A stretch of 63,797 nt of DNA, counting the filler, from Reticulomyxa filosa (Eukaryota > Protista > Foraminifera), in assembly GCA_000512085.1 (NCBI GenBank). It is 18 parts of 18 records of this genome, joined end to end, with 100 filler letters (N's around TTAATTAATTAA, not from the genome) between each part and the next. Parts side by side here need not be neighbours in the genome. Positions count along the whole stretch, not along the records: positions 1,862 to 11,524 come from ASPP01004733.1; positions 11,625 to 16,253 come from ASPP01041973.1; positions 16,354 to 18,302 come from ASPP01002751.1; positions 18,403 to 19,402 come from ASPP01040215.1; positions 19,503 to 21,269 come from ASPP01022044.1; positions 21,370 to 33,849 come from ASPP01012407.1; 12 more parts are not named here. One strand, 5' to 3'. The position numbers and the translations under genes are program-made. Below, one piece after another: positions 11,272 to 24,180 of this stretch. Position 1 is the first letter of the stretch; each line of letters opens with the position of its first letter. Below the pieces are notes generated by a model, which did not search any database, was not told the origin of the DNA, and saw only the letters and a program-made list of their open reading frames with translations.

Positions 11272-11524
11272 AGCTAGAACGTTTCGACTTGGACTCAGCA
11301 GCCAATAGCACAACCTGCCGAACGCCATCCAAAGAAAATGGACAACAGTTCGACTTTGACTCAGCAGCCAATAACACAATCCGCCGAATGCCATCCGAAG
11401 AAAATGGACAACAGTTCGACTTTGACTCAACGGCCAATGATACAACCCGCCGAACGCCATCCAAAGAAAATGGACAACAATTCGACTTTGACTCAGCAGC
11501 CAATAACACAATCCGCCGAATGCC
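11272..11524 (+). repeat. 66-bp tandem repeat (about 4 copies, truncated by contig end), probably coding
   Basis: TTCGACTT recurs every 66 nt and encodes 22-aa units of the type DSAANNTIRRMPSEENGQQFDF. Confidence 0.9.
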
Positions 11525-11959
11525 NNNNNNNNNNNNNNNNNNNNNNNNNNNNNNNNNNNNNNNNNNNNTTAATTAATTAANNNNNNNNNNNNNNNNNNNN
11601 NNNNNNNNNNNNNNNNNNNNNNNNTTTTTTTCACAGTTTTGGAGCAATGTCCTTTCTTTGGATAAACAAAAGAAGAGAGGGGAGAAAATGTATATTTCTT
11701 TCATTTGTAAAAAAATTTTGAATAGAAAATGGAAAATTGCTTTCGTCGATTCTTTAACTCACGGATCACCTTTGCACTTGAAAAACGTGGTTACATGTGA
11801 TCCAACGGCCATGCTTGATCAAAATACTTCATTCAATCAAGTTGTTTTTTGTGTATATTGTAATTTATTACACGCACATGTATATATATGCATTATATAA
11901 TTCGATTGTTTGTTTAATTACTGGCATACTTGTAATTTTGCACTCTGCGCAATAATAAG

Positions 11960-14900
11960 ATGCAAAAAATGGTACAACGCGCCTTCTTTTATTTGGAATT
12001 CCCGTTATCTCTCAATGTCCCATTTGAGTTGAAGGAGAGCCTGTTGCCCAAGGAAATCCAAGCAATGATGATCACACGACTGAGATGGGTGTTAAAGAAA
12101 AACATCCCTTTTCAACGTATTGTCGAGATGACAAAAAAAAAAGTCGAACAAGTTCTGGCAAAAAAGCCAAACGAATCTCATCATAGCTTTATTCAACTTT
12201 ATCAGACCATGGTAAATAATATCATTGCTTTGGGATGGACCAGAGTGCTATTATCGCTTTATGAAAATTGCTACTTTCAAGTTTTGTTTGTTTGTTTTAC
12301 TCGAGTAAATCGGATGATTGACATGTTTTGTTTGTTTGTGCTGTTCCCACAAATATGAAAATACGGAATAATAATCAAATACACAAAGACGATATTTTGG
12401 GCAATGAAAAATAAAAACAAGCAATTGATAAATATTTTTGTAGCAAGTGCAGAAAATAAGTGGTTGGTTCCATTGTTCGATAAAGGTGAATTATCTGACG
12501 AAGAATTACATCTTTGCAAAGTGAAAGTGAGTTATCGAGCAGACTTTCCATTCAGTTGGAATTTTCACATTTGGTGTCATAAGGCAATTGGAACGTATGT
12601 TAAATCCAAATCGAAAAGAAGTGACTATGACAACGAAGAATTTGCAACTAATACCATGGTATTGCAGGATTGTAATTATTTGAACAAAAGTTTGAACGGA
12701 GACGAAAAACCTTTTCGACTGTTAACCCGATGCAGTCCTGAAAATTGTGAATTTTATGCAAAAGATGTGATTCGTGGCAATTTTCATATGTATCTGTCAG
12801 TGAAAGAGGACGATCAATTAACGGACATTATCAAAGGCGTTGTATTTTGTTTGATCGAGCTGACCGTGCAAAATGAAGCAATAAGCATCCCACTGATCGA
12901 GACAATCTTCTATTATTTCAAATCTATTATCACCAAGTATGTCCACTTCTTATCTCTTTGCGACGATGAGACCGTATTGTCGAGTCTCAAAAAGGGATTA
13001 TCGGCGGATGAGCGCGTATTGCCATTGAATAAATTGATCAACGTGTCATGTATATTAGCAAAGTATATCTTGACAGATGTCCCACAAAAGAGAGAATCAG
13101 AATTCATTGCCAAAATGGATATTGCATGTGATGCAACAAAGGCCATTCTCAAGTTATTACGACAACAGCCATCCCCAAAAGAAGAAATACATACAGAATT
13201 TTTGGTCATATGTCGACAACTTCATATGAAAACACTTGGAATCAAACACATGAGGAGGGACAATTCTGCCACAGCAACAACAACAATTAATCAAAGCCAA
13301 GACCTGGCCACTATGCTGGATTTGGTAAAACATGGATTTGTAAAGGATGCCAATGTCATTCCCGAGATTATTAAGTCTGCTACCAAACATATCATCACCC
13401 CTGGCTCAGAGACGCAGACGTGTCTGTATTTTGTTCATGATTTGTTACATGTTGTCCAAGCAGTAGAATACGTGTACGATAAAAGCAATGAGCGAGTATT
13501 TCAAGATGTCCTCAAAACAATATTTTTTAAACCTCAACACTTTGTTCGCATCTCTTCATGCCAGTCTTTGCTCAAGTTGCAAGCTTTGAGAGTACTTGTA
13601 GAGAACAAATGGACACATGTTTTTGACGATTCCCCCGAGTTACATCTTATGCTGAATCGAGTAAACGAAAAATTATATGCCAATGCAGAGACTAAGGAAT
13701 CTCCACTAGACCGATTAGTTCGTACTCGAGATCAAAAGATCTCTGTCGTCTCACAATTGAAAGTACAACTGACCAAACATATTTTGTTCTTGGCCCAAAA
13801 AATGGTAGTGTTGGAGCATCCATCCAAAGATACAACATTCCGATCACATCTAGAAAAGATTTGCAAGGATTTGACTTATTTCCATGAAAATAATTTTTTT
13901 GACGAAATGTGGAAAGAGTATGAGTATTACTTACACATATGGTTCATTAAACAATGTTGCATGTTAAAAAATATGGATTGGACTCATGCATTCTTCTCCC
14001 AAAAATGGATTCAAACGGAATTTCCATTATTCAATCGTGCCGACGTGTTTTCTCAATTGAGGCAACCTCGTCGCGAATATTTTTCGCAGCCATTCAATGA
14101 TAGCTTTGGAAAAAAATTCAAGTATTTCAAACAAAAGCTAATTTCAAATAACTACAATTGTTACACTGGCGACAAACAAGATATTCCTCCTTTGTTAACT
14201 GCAGCACTATCAATATCGAGCGCTTTATCTAACAATTCTAAGGATTCTAAGGGTTTATCCAGTTTGTATCTTGATGTATTTCGTATATACACATATATGT
14301 GCATATACAGAAATTCATGTGTATTATGTCATCCAAAAGATAGTACATTATTTTTTTCAATATCTTTTACACAAAAATAGAAATATTCGAGTACCTACAA
14401 AACTTGAATTTCATGACTTCAAAAGTGGAGGAAACTTGTATTGAAAAATTGTTATCGCTATCTTCAGATTCAAAGTTTCTGTCATCAAATTTTAGCGATA
14501 CAACCGATGAGGCCATTGCTTGTCTCTCTTTTCATTGGTTTGGAGTTCTTCAGATCATGAAAAGTTAGGAGAGATAGTCCAATTTTTTGTCTTTGTCTGT
14601 TGCAAAAAGGGATAATTCAAATCTGAATGTATTAAATGTTTATTCTTTTTCTCCACAGAAAACCCGTTTAAATTTTTGTTGAACGAGCCCAAAGAATTTG
14701 GACAACAACGCAAACCAGGCGAGCGATCGAAGACTGAAGCAACAAAAACTACATTTACAACTTGTTATTGTCGAAATCGGCATCCCTTCTTTGTGAAAGA
14801 ATACCAACCCAATCGAAAAGTGCTAGAATGTCCAGACCCATGGTGCAACACAATGGTTGACAATACTGAGCCCATGATGGAAGAAAATGCAGATATACAA

Positions 14901-16253
14901 ATTGCCAACAGGTATGTTAGGAGTTGTAATGACACATTTATGTAATCTGTAATTTATTTTACTGAAATTATGGATTGCAAAAAAAAAAAAAAAATGTCTG
15001 TCATAAAATAGCAACGAAAAAGATGAAAAGCAGATTGAAGAAATATCCCCAATAACTTGTACATTATTATTATTATTGAACTCTTTGACAATGTTGCTGA
15101 GAAACATAAGTAATTCGGAAGGGCGAGAATCTGGTTTGTGGAAAGAAACAAAAGGCAGATTTTTGCTGCTATCGAAAATGACGATCATGAAGGAGGAACT
15201 CCTTTGTGTGGCATTACATGATTGGTTTTGTGGACTTCCACAGTGGTTCAACAAGGCGTATCTTCATGAAATGGACGAAGTTAATTCACAAAGTATTGAG
15301 AAATTTGAACGAGATATTGAAACTCATTACTTTCAATTTTTGAACAAATTTAAAAAGCCTAATTCAGTGCAAAAGGCGCTATTATCTCCTGTTCCAACAA
15401 AAGAAATCGATCGCGAAATTAAAGAGGAAAATAGTCCGATCAATAGTTCTATCCCTCAATTATTTTTGGTGACACGTATTATATCGTCAGAAAATTTGTT
15501 ATATAAATTTTACAATAATCCAGAATTGCCAAAGCAATATCCATTGCTGTTTCACACATTGAAATCAATTGACAATCTTGAGTATGTCAAATACTTAACT
15601 GGTATTGGACAATGGACAAAGCACTGTCACCTGCAATTCTCTGGAATACTCACGAAGAAAGAATGCAAGACCAAGACAATAACAAGTATCATCAACGATA
15701 GTAATAATACAAAATGCAAAAAATTTTGGCAGCAACTCGTCAAATGCTGGAATAGGTTTAATGATCGCACCCCTGGTGTCTCACAGTTGTCTCAAAATCC
15801 CAAAGATGTACATTTTGATTATTGTGTTTTGCAAGCAAGCACGCCAGGAAGGCTGATTGTAAACATTATTGAAATACTGCAAAAAATCAACAACAATTTT
15901 TTGCAAAGTGTTCATTCTTATTGCAGAAAGGCGCCAATGAGAAAAGAACAAAGAACGAAGAATGACAGCACTACCGAGACAAAGAACGCTGTTTCATCAA
16001 ACCAAGCGATTATTTCCAAATCTCTGTTCGAAATCTCCAATCGAGATATTGTCTGTGTAAGTAATACTATGGTAAATAAAATTATTAACACACGGCATTG
16101 CCCTACATTGGAATATGGACATAACTATGATGATGACAGTGATGAAAGAATTGATTTTCAATCCATTGAAGACGAAATTTATAACAAGGCTATTTTAGGC
16201 CGACATATGATTGATTTAACTATTCCAATGTTCCAATACGCTGATGAGTTGAC
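11960..16253 (+). CDS. RNF213 (mysterin)-like large E3 protein, partial, multi-exon
   Basis: YRADFPFSWNFH motif; RZ-finger-like CRNRHPFFVKEYQPNRKVLECPDPWC; CTD-like YPLL..LEYVKYL, KCWN, LQKINNNFL, LEYGH..IDFQSIEDEIYNKAILGR..IPMFQY, in the same order as RNF213. Long ORFs at 12404..14380, 14676..14945 and 15076..16253. Confidence 0.7.
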
Positions 16254-16412
16254 NNNNNNNNNNNNNNNNNNNNNNNNNNNNNNNNNNNNNNNNNNNNTTA
16301 ATTAATTAANNNNNNNNNNNNNNNNNNNNNNNNNNNNNNNNNNNNNNNNNNNNAAAAAAACAAGAGGAAAAAAGTTTAAATACAAACAAAAACAGGGGCG
16401 TACATCTTTCTA

Positions 16413-17470
16413 ATGTCAGCACCGTTGCGCAGAGTAAAAAGCAAAGATATCGAGATTGTAGATGAAAACGTGACGTATTTAAATCCGAATCGTGAGCTTG
16501 TGTGGAGGAGTTGCTGTTTTTGTTGTTCACAGTTTTTGTTATTAATCTTTACGCGGCGGCCTTCTCAGAAGCGAAGATGGATAATTGCCATAATATTCTT
16601 TTTGTTCTCGACTTATTTGATGTGCATTGCAAACGTGATAATCGAAAAGAGGTCAATAGAAAAGAATTTTCCAATGATAGTACTTCCAGATTTTGGTTTC
16701 GACTTTGCAGGTAATTTTTTTTCCAAAAAACAAAAAAAAAGGATGTATCTCCTTTGCGAAAGGTCGTAATTAATAATTTTAAAAAAACCGCAACAAATTA
16801 CAACTAAGAAAGAAAGATTCACTCCATTTGTGATTGAATATAAATTATCAACCGATCTGGGCCGATATATAATAATGGGAATAAGTGTCGTGTGGCTGAT
16901 AACATGTTGTAAGCAGCCGTTTATTGTGTTGCGTCGATTTTGATGATTCATAGTTTTTTGTTTTTATGTCGGGCGTCGTGTTTATTGGGAACACAATTAC
17001 CAAATCCATACCAAGGATATCCGGTGCAACAATGGAGCGACAATATCTTGTACGAGGCGTTGCTAGTGAATTTACGTTACAAAATCACCCGGGCAGACGT
17101 GTTTTACAGTGGACATACCGTGTCAATGACATGTCTGGCTTTGATGATCGAATACTATCATGACAATACACCTTTTCAAAGATTTCTCAGTACTTTTGTA
17201 TGGGTGCTCACACTCATTACCTTGTATTTGATTATTGCCGTCAAGTTCCATTACACCATTGATGTGTTGATCGCCTTTCAATTGACTATCCTCACATGGA
17301 AGATATACCATATGGCCACCGAGTCACACATGGTCAGGCAGTCCATACCTATTCTCGATTTTTTGGAGGGGGATGTCATGAACAAAACTCGTACAGTGAT
17401 ACATTTCAAGAGCGCATTTCTAAGTCCCTTGGTCACAGTAAACAGTTGTGACGACCTCTTTTTTTTTTAA
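16413..17470 (+). CDS. Sphingomyelin/inositol-phosphorylceramide synthase family (PAP2-like) membrane enzyme
   Basis: LPDFGFD, DVFYSGHT and HYTIDV motifs (catalytic H/H/D) plus several TM helices. Intron after about 16710 and a probable frameshift near 16940. Confidence 0.85.
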
Positions 17471-17750
17471 TTGCAATTCTTAGTCAGTATGATAACGTGT
17501 GTTAAAGAGAGGGAGGGAAAGAGGTACACTTTTACATTTTTTTTAGACCAGCCTCAACTCATCGTTTATTTTTTCTGTTTTTTCTTCAAACTAAATTGTA
17601 GTATCAACCTTCGCACTCAAAAAAAAAAAAAAAAGGAAAAAAAAGAACTTCGAAAAATGAAAGCAGGATCAAACATTAGATTTTTTTGTTAACATAATAT
17701 ATCAGATTGTTGAAAGCTGTAAGCTTGAACCTTTCTTTTTGTGTTGAGTG

Positions 17751-18180
17751 ATGGCAGAAAATGAAGATTCTCAAGAAACTCCAGCTTTGCAAATCCCTCC
17801 CAGTGAAGATGCGGTGACATATGATGATGACGGGACAGAAGAAAATATAAAAGTGGCCGTGAGAATCCGTCCACTGAATGCACGCGAAAAACAGAAGGAA
17901 AGCAAGGTGATTGTGAAAGTACAAGGCAATTCTCTGTGGTTGACAGACCCAACGAAGAACGGAGATAAAAAATTTGAGTACGATTTTGTATATCAATCCT
18001 TTGATGCAAATAACTGTGCCACCAATGAAGATATTTTCAAAGTTTCGCTGTCAATGTACAAACTGTTATTTACGGGCATAGTGTGATAACTTTTTTTTTT
18101 TTTTTTGTGACATAAAAAAAAAATACGTCATAGGATCTGGGACATATGTTTGTAGAAAATGCATTTGAAGGATACAATGT
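17751..18180 (+). CDS. Kinesin motor N-terminus (kinesin-3-like), partial
   Basis: NIKVAVRIRPLNARE..KKFEYDFVYQSFD..ATNEDIFK, then intron, then DLGHMFVENAFEGYN. Confidence 0.9.
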
Positions 18181-21100
18181 TAAGATAAAAAAAAGACACT
18201 CACTTTTTTTTTTTTTTTTTTTGTGGCAATTGACTCATGCATGGATGGACAACTGGTCTTTTTTTTTTTTTTTTTTTTTTTTTTATTTTTTTTTTTATTT
18301 TTNNNNNNNNNNNNNNNNNNNNNNNNNNNNNNNNNNNNNNNNNNNNTTAATTAATTAANNNNNNNNNNNNNNNNNNNNNNNNNNNNNNNNNNNNNNNNNN
18401 NNCTGCAAGTAGTTTAGATTTTAGTTGTTATTTATTCGTTGGGCACATCGCATCCAAATTAGGAATCTAATGTACACTGTTGGTCAAACATTACCTATTT
18501 TTCTCAATTTAACAGATTTGAAAGAGCCCATTTTGATATCTAGATGGGCTTGAATTTTTCCTTCATTCACTCTGTATGATCTGTTACTGTTGAATTATAT
18601 CAACTTTTAGTTTCTAATAACAGTAAATTTGCTAAGACAAATGTTTGGTCTTTATTTTTTTGCACGAGTTATTGTATCCGTCGTGCAAAAATGATTTTCT
18701 AAATCATCATAAAGGAACACAAAAAAAAATTTATTGTTGTATCGTACAGCTGTTGCAAAGTTGACAAATCTGTTGAGTGAGTTGAGTGCATTTGTTTTTA
18801 TTTTTTGTTGCCTGTACGATTCAAACTCAATCAAATGCATGCACAGCGACATGCTCGTGAAAAAAAGTATGTAGATTAGCCGGTCCAAGTTAATTTATTC
18901 ATCGATTTTTTTTTTAGACAACGATAATGTTGAATACTTTGGTTGGTAACGTGATCTTTGTCGTGGGCAGTAGCTATCCGCGTATCCTCAAAATAAACAT
19001 AGAGGCTCAGGCTCCAATACTATCTTCTCTTTTCGAAGCAAAAATTCTTGCTGTAGAAATATATTTGACCGATTCCAATCCGAACTTGAAGACCGCAACT
19101 TCACCAATTGGACATCAACGACTATAATTCGAGTTGCAAGTTGGAAGCAAATGTTGGTTGACATTATTCGATCGATGGAAGTACCCAACGATGATCTATT
19201 TGTTGCGAATGATATTTCGTTTGCTATGAAACAAGACATGGAAGACTTGTTTGACTCAGTTGTATGTGGATGGCTCAGAAAAACAAAAGAGCATTTTATT
19301 GACATTATCGATGAATGATTGAAAGTGAATACTTTGGATAGATATCACTTTGACAATTTAATGCAAATTTGTTGTTGTTTGTCTTTCATCGAATAAATTA
19401 GGNNNNNNNNNNNNNNNNNNNNNNNNNNNNNNNNNNNNNNNNNNNNTTAATTAATTAANNNNNNNNNNNNNNNNNNNNNNNNNNNNNNNNNNNNNNNNNN
19501 NNTGTCGTCAACACTTCTGCTGCAACGTTTTTAAAATACAAGGCCAAAATAACTGCCACAGCTGACAATTATTTGATCTTTAGTAACGCTGTTTGAATTT
19601 TATGTGTCGATCATTACAATATTACCTTGACAATTTTCAAATGTGTGTGTTCGATATAGCTTAACAATCACCTTACATTGCCTTTGGTGGATTCGCTAAA
19701 TCCTGTCAAACCTTGGTGCTGCTTTTCCAAATGTTTTTTCAAAGAGAAAAACTCTGTGAAAAATTCGGGACTTGGCTTTTTAACATTGATATTCAATGAA
19801 ATAGTGTGTTCGATTGATATCAACCCGTTCATCAAAATGTGATTGCGAAACACTGCTGAAGGCAGTTTACACCATTTGTGAATGCGTGTAAATGCAATTT
19901 TAGTCAATATTTTGGGTGTGTTTGTGTCAAACAATCGAACAAGCAGCTGTAACATGTCAACATTCAATAAAATTATATTCAAATGCATAAATGCATTGAA
20001 TTTAATAAAAGGAATGTCGACAACATTCACGTAGGATGTCTAATTTACTACGCTACTGAAGATTTGATTGTAGTATTGATGAGTCGTTCCTTTACTAAGT
20101 CTGATTCTAGAATGGATGGCTCTGTCACTGACAAAGTGGCATATGAAATGGACAGGTGTTTGATTTATTGCGTTTAGCAAGTCTGTTTGGTCTTTGCTAT
20201 AATGGATCAAATAGCCGATTGATTTTTCAACTGACGATCCAATAATAGTTTGCCATGATCGTAGCGATTTGTGAATTAAATAACGCGAAGTTATCATTTC
20301 TTTGGTACAAATCGACACAAGTTCATTTGAATACAATTTTGCCGACAAGAAATAATTACAGATGCAGCTAATTTCTCATGATATCATTGGAGAGCACACG
20401 GCAGTTTCAAAATAAACATGGAATGCTATGCGGAATCTTTGCCCTTTTTCACAGATTCACATTGTCACACAAAACGACGACAACACTTGTCAACGTCAAC
20501 ACGCAGATATGAGGATAGCCATTCCAAAGCAAGCGCAGTAATTCAAACAAACTTGGTGTTTACTGAAAACAGGTCCAATTCAGTGTACGTGTTGTGACTG
20601 AGACTAGGCTGTTCATTCAAGTCTACTTCATCATTGGTACTAATATTCGATTGCATTTCACAAATTTCTTCTGCCAAGTTCAACACACAAACGTGGAAGA
20701 CTCTTCATGTCGTAATCGTTTGTTCAGTTCGTAAGAAGCAAAATCCAATGGCTTGGTTCTCCTAGTTTTGCTTGGGATATCCTTTTCCAATTGCCCCAAA
20801 ATCATTACATAGATCCTTACCAAGTACAAGTCAATGCGTTCGTTGTCATCCTTTGCCGCGCTGCCTGTCGCCCTTGTCGAACCGACTAATTGTTGAGGCC
20901 AACATTCCCAGCAACTACCATGCTGATGTTTGCATCACTATGTTTTTCTTTTCGCCATTTTTTGTGTAATCTCTTAACTTTTCGGTGAAAGTTTGCTTGC
21001 TTCCAACAAAATTTTGACAGCGTTAAATATGTATAGTCGATTCATCAATTCAAATTCATAATGACTCACATTTAATGCAAACGCGTACAGTGTGGATCGA

Positions 21101-21369
21101 CACTAATTTTATGGATACTGAATCGGCAATATGAATACAAATAAATGAGGGCTTATGGCTTAGCAAACACATGATTGAAATTCAGGTAAAAAAACTTGAT
21201 GTAGTACAAAGTTTAGACCGCAATTAGTTTTAAATTGGTTTTAATGGCCTTAATTAAGTATAACTGAAANNNNNNNNNNNNNNNNNNNNNNNNNNNNNNN
21301 NNNNNNNNNNNNNTTAATTAATTAANNNNNNNNNNNNNNNNNNNNNNNNNNNNNNNNNNNNNNNNNNNN

Positions 21370-22018
21370 TTGTTGTTGTTGTGCATGCATGTTTGGAAGC
21401 GAACTTGGCAAACATGTCCATTTCATTGGTCGGACAAATGACAAAGTCCATGCTCGACTTGATGTCCTCATATCTCACTGTCGGCAATGATCTTGTCTTA
21501 TCTGTTTTCATATCAGCCTTTGACGTTGTCTTATTATGTCGGCCATCTCCTTTGTCACTGTTGTTGTTGTTGTTGTTGTTTGCGCTCTTGCAGCTGCTGT
21601 GCTCCAATGCACTCGTCAACATTCGTGTCCCATGACCTTGTCGATATCTTTGTGTCATTGGCACGTTTAATGCTCTTGCGCGCTTTCGTGGACTGTGCGT
21701 CGCGACACTTTTTGATAGCCTTCGCTTGCTCGCGCGAGGGTTTGTCAATACTATGCTGATATTCGGGTCGTGTGGGGTGTATGCCAGCTTCGACAGCAGG
21801 CGGCTCAGCTGCGTCGACAGCCGCGTCAATGTGTCTCCATTAAATTCCATCGGACTCGCATATATCACTTTCTCGGAGAGTTCCTGGAATATGCGTCTTG
21901 GCGTCCAATCGCTTGTCTTCAAGTGCACACACGCATCCGCTAGAAACACTGACGAAGTATCAAACGCCTCTGAATGCCGGCGCTTCTGCCCTATATGGGC
22001 TCGATGGAATAATGACAT
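21370..22018 (-). CDS. Hypothetical protein, 3'-truncated
   Basis: Open frame of more than 200 codons, more GC-rich than its flanks, with a poly-Asn tract. No family recognised. Confidence 0.55.
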
Positions 22019-22574
22019 TCAATTGTTGCACAATTGTTTAGAAAAAGGGTCTCTCTATATTTGTTCAAAAAACAAACAAAACAAATTTTACTTTTTTTTC
22101 ATTATTGCAAGGACCATGCAAGTTGATTTCAAAAGCTGAAACTAAAAGTCATTCAATACTTATCAGCTGCTTTTAGTTTGAAAAAAAGACGGAGCTGAAT
22201 GAAATAGCAATTTGCAGGTTAGCACCGCCAACCAATACTTTTTTTTTTGCTCTCGAAACATTTGGTACACGCTCGTAAAACGAGCAAAAGTAAAAATGTT
22301 GGCAATTGGACTGACAAAAATCTGTATGGATCTATCAAATCTGGCAAACTTTGTAACAAATCAATGCCATTTTTTTTTTCTTTTGTATGATGGCGTGGAA
22401 ATACCTTTGGAAGAGAACAACGCGCTACAGAAGATTTAAAGTTGCAAATGAGGGGGGTTTTTTTTTTGTTGTGAGTCCTCTCGTGATTTGAAAAACTTTT
22501 GTAAAAAAAAAAAAAGAAGAAGTGAAGAATCACATTCACTTATAGCACTAGTGACAAGCATAAAAAAAAAACAA

Positions 22575-23598
22575 CTAACAACATTTATCTCGTGACTTAG
22601 ACTTTTTATTTGTCCAGTCTGGAGGTAGCATAGCATGATCGACGTCACTTTTTTTGGGTAGGTTTTGAAGTTTGAAATGTAATATGCGTTTTGCAAGCGT
22701 TTCAAACATTATCTGTATTCCTTGTGATGTTTTCGCAGAGGTTTCAAAAAATAGAGCTTTCACGTCTTCTGCCAACTCTTTCGCTTGCTCCAGCAACATA
22801 TCACTCGAAGGGTTTTGTTTCGCAATATCCATCTTGTTTGCCACTATTGCAAGCACGACGTTTGGCGACACTGCTGAATTACCTTGCACCTCTATTTTTT
22901 TTTAAATTTAGTTTATTGCAAGGAAAATAAAAAAATAAAAAAAAAAATAGAGATTGTAACCTGTGATCCACTCTTTGACTGTCTTCAAGGGGTTTTCATC
23001 AGTAATATCAAATACCAAAATTGCAGCATCTGCGCCACGATAATACAATGGCGTTATTGATCTATATCTTTCAAGTCCAGCTGTATCCCATATCTTTTTT
23101 TCCCCCATATATATACGTATAAAAACACTTTACATATCCTTTCAACGTGGTTTTTTTTTTTTGGAGTCGGATTCGTTACCTTGACAACTTAACTTGCAAT
23201 TGCATTTTGTGGTCCTTATTCACCGTTCTTTGTATTGTGTTTGTTTTTTTAGGGTTTTTGGATTTTTTGCTCTGTCAGTATCTGAAAAAATTTTATTCAA
23301 AAGCATGTAAAAAAAAAATAAATCAAAATCTTTAACATCTCTTTGGCCGTATAATCGCCTGCTATTGTTGCAGATGTTGTTTCAGGAAAGGATCCTGTTG
23401 AAAATCTTACAACTAAGCACGTTTTGCCGACGTCTTCACATCACACCACACAAGCACGTTTTTTCATCTTTTTTTTTCCTTGCTCTGTCCCAAGGACAGC
23501 CCTACTTTGACAAGGAAAAAAAAAGTGTCCAGACACGTGCACTCACTCGCAGCTCCTAAAACAACGATTTTTGCTTTGATCAAATCGTGTTGGGACAT
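22575..23598 (-). CDS. Rab-family GTPase (Rab5/22-like), multi-exon
   Basis: MSQHDLIKAKIVVLGAA/VGKTCLVVRF, WDTAGLERYRSITPLYYRGADAAILVFDIT, ANKMD, FFETSAKT, and a C-terminal CC prenylation motif. Confidence 0.9.
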
Positions 23599-23890
23599 CA
23601 CTCGAAATTATTTTTTATGTAGTCAAAAAAAAAAAAAAGGTTCACTGTTCAAAGGAGTTACCCTTTGTTAAAAAAAAGACTACATTTTGGTGGACACTCC
23701 CCTTTTTTTTCCTTAAAAAGGTAGCAAAAGTACGGATGAATTTTGTTGGATTTGCAAAAGGACAATTGAATGACAAGCAATTGGATTGGTGGCAACAGTA
23801 AGTGAAACTGTTTAGTTTTTGAAGAACATTTGCAACTGAACAATACCCACACCACAATAAAAAAGAAAAAAACATGCGATTAGTGAAAAT

Positions 23891-24122
23891 TCAAATATAA
23901 TTCATCAATTTATCAATATCATCAACACTACTCTCTGACCCATTGTCACTTTCATCCTCAACCTCCTCTTCTTCTTCCTCATTGTTGTCCTCACGGACTT
24001 TGGATTCATCTGTGTCTTTTTTTTTGCTTTTATTCTTTGGTAAAGTCTTTTGTTTGTGTTTTTTTGAATCCTTTTGTTGTCGCTGTTGCTGACCATTGTC
24101 ATTGCCATTGTCATTATCATTG

Positions 24123-24180
<58 letters not shown>

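Noticed and set aside
1-11524. Bacterial-to-eukaryote horizontal transfer, or a CBASS-like island next to the tRNA/integrase
   Set aside because: The bacterial and OAS-like sequences are on different contigs separated by a spacer. The OAS-like genes are AT-rich, appear to have introns, and have no Cap effector neighbours.
11272-11524. CRISPR array
   Set aside because: Whole 66-bp units are homologous with no unique spacers, the frame is open, there are no cas genes, and the context is eukaryotic.
18403-21269. Fragmented ORFs on two small contigs
   Set aside because: Coding-like but broken by stops, with no recognisable motif; no call can be supported without a search.
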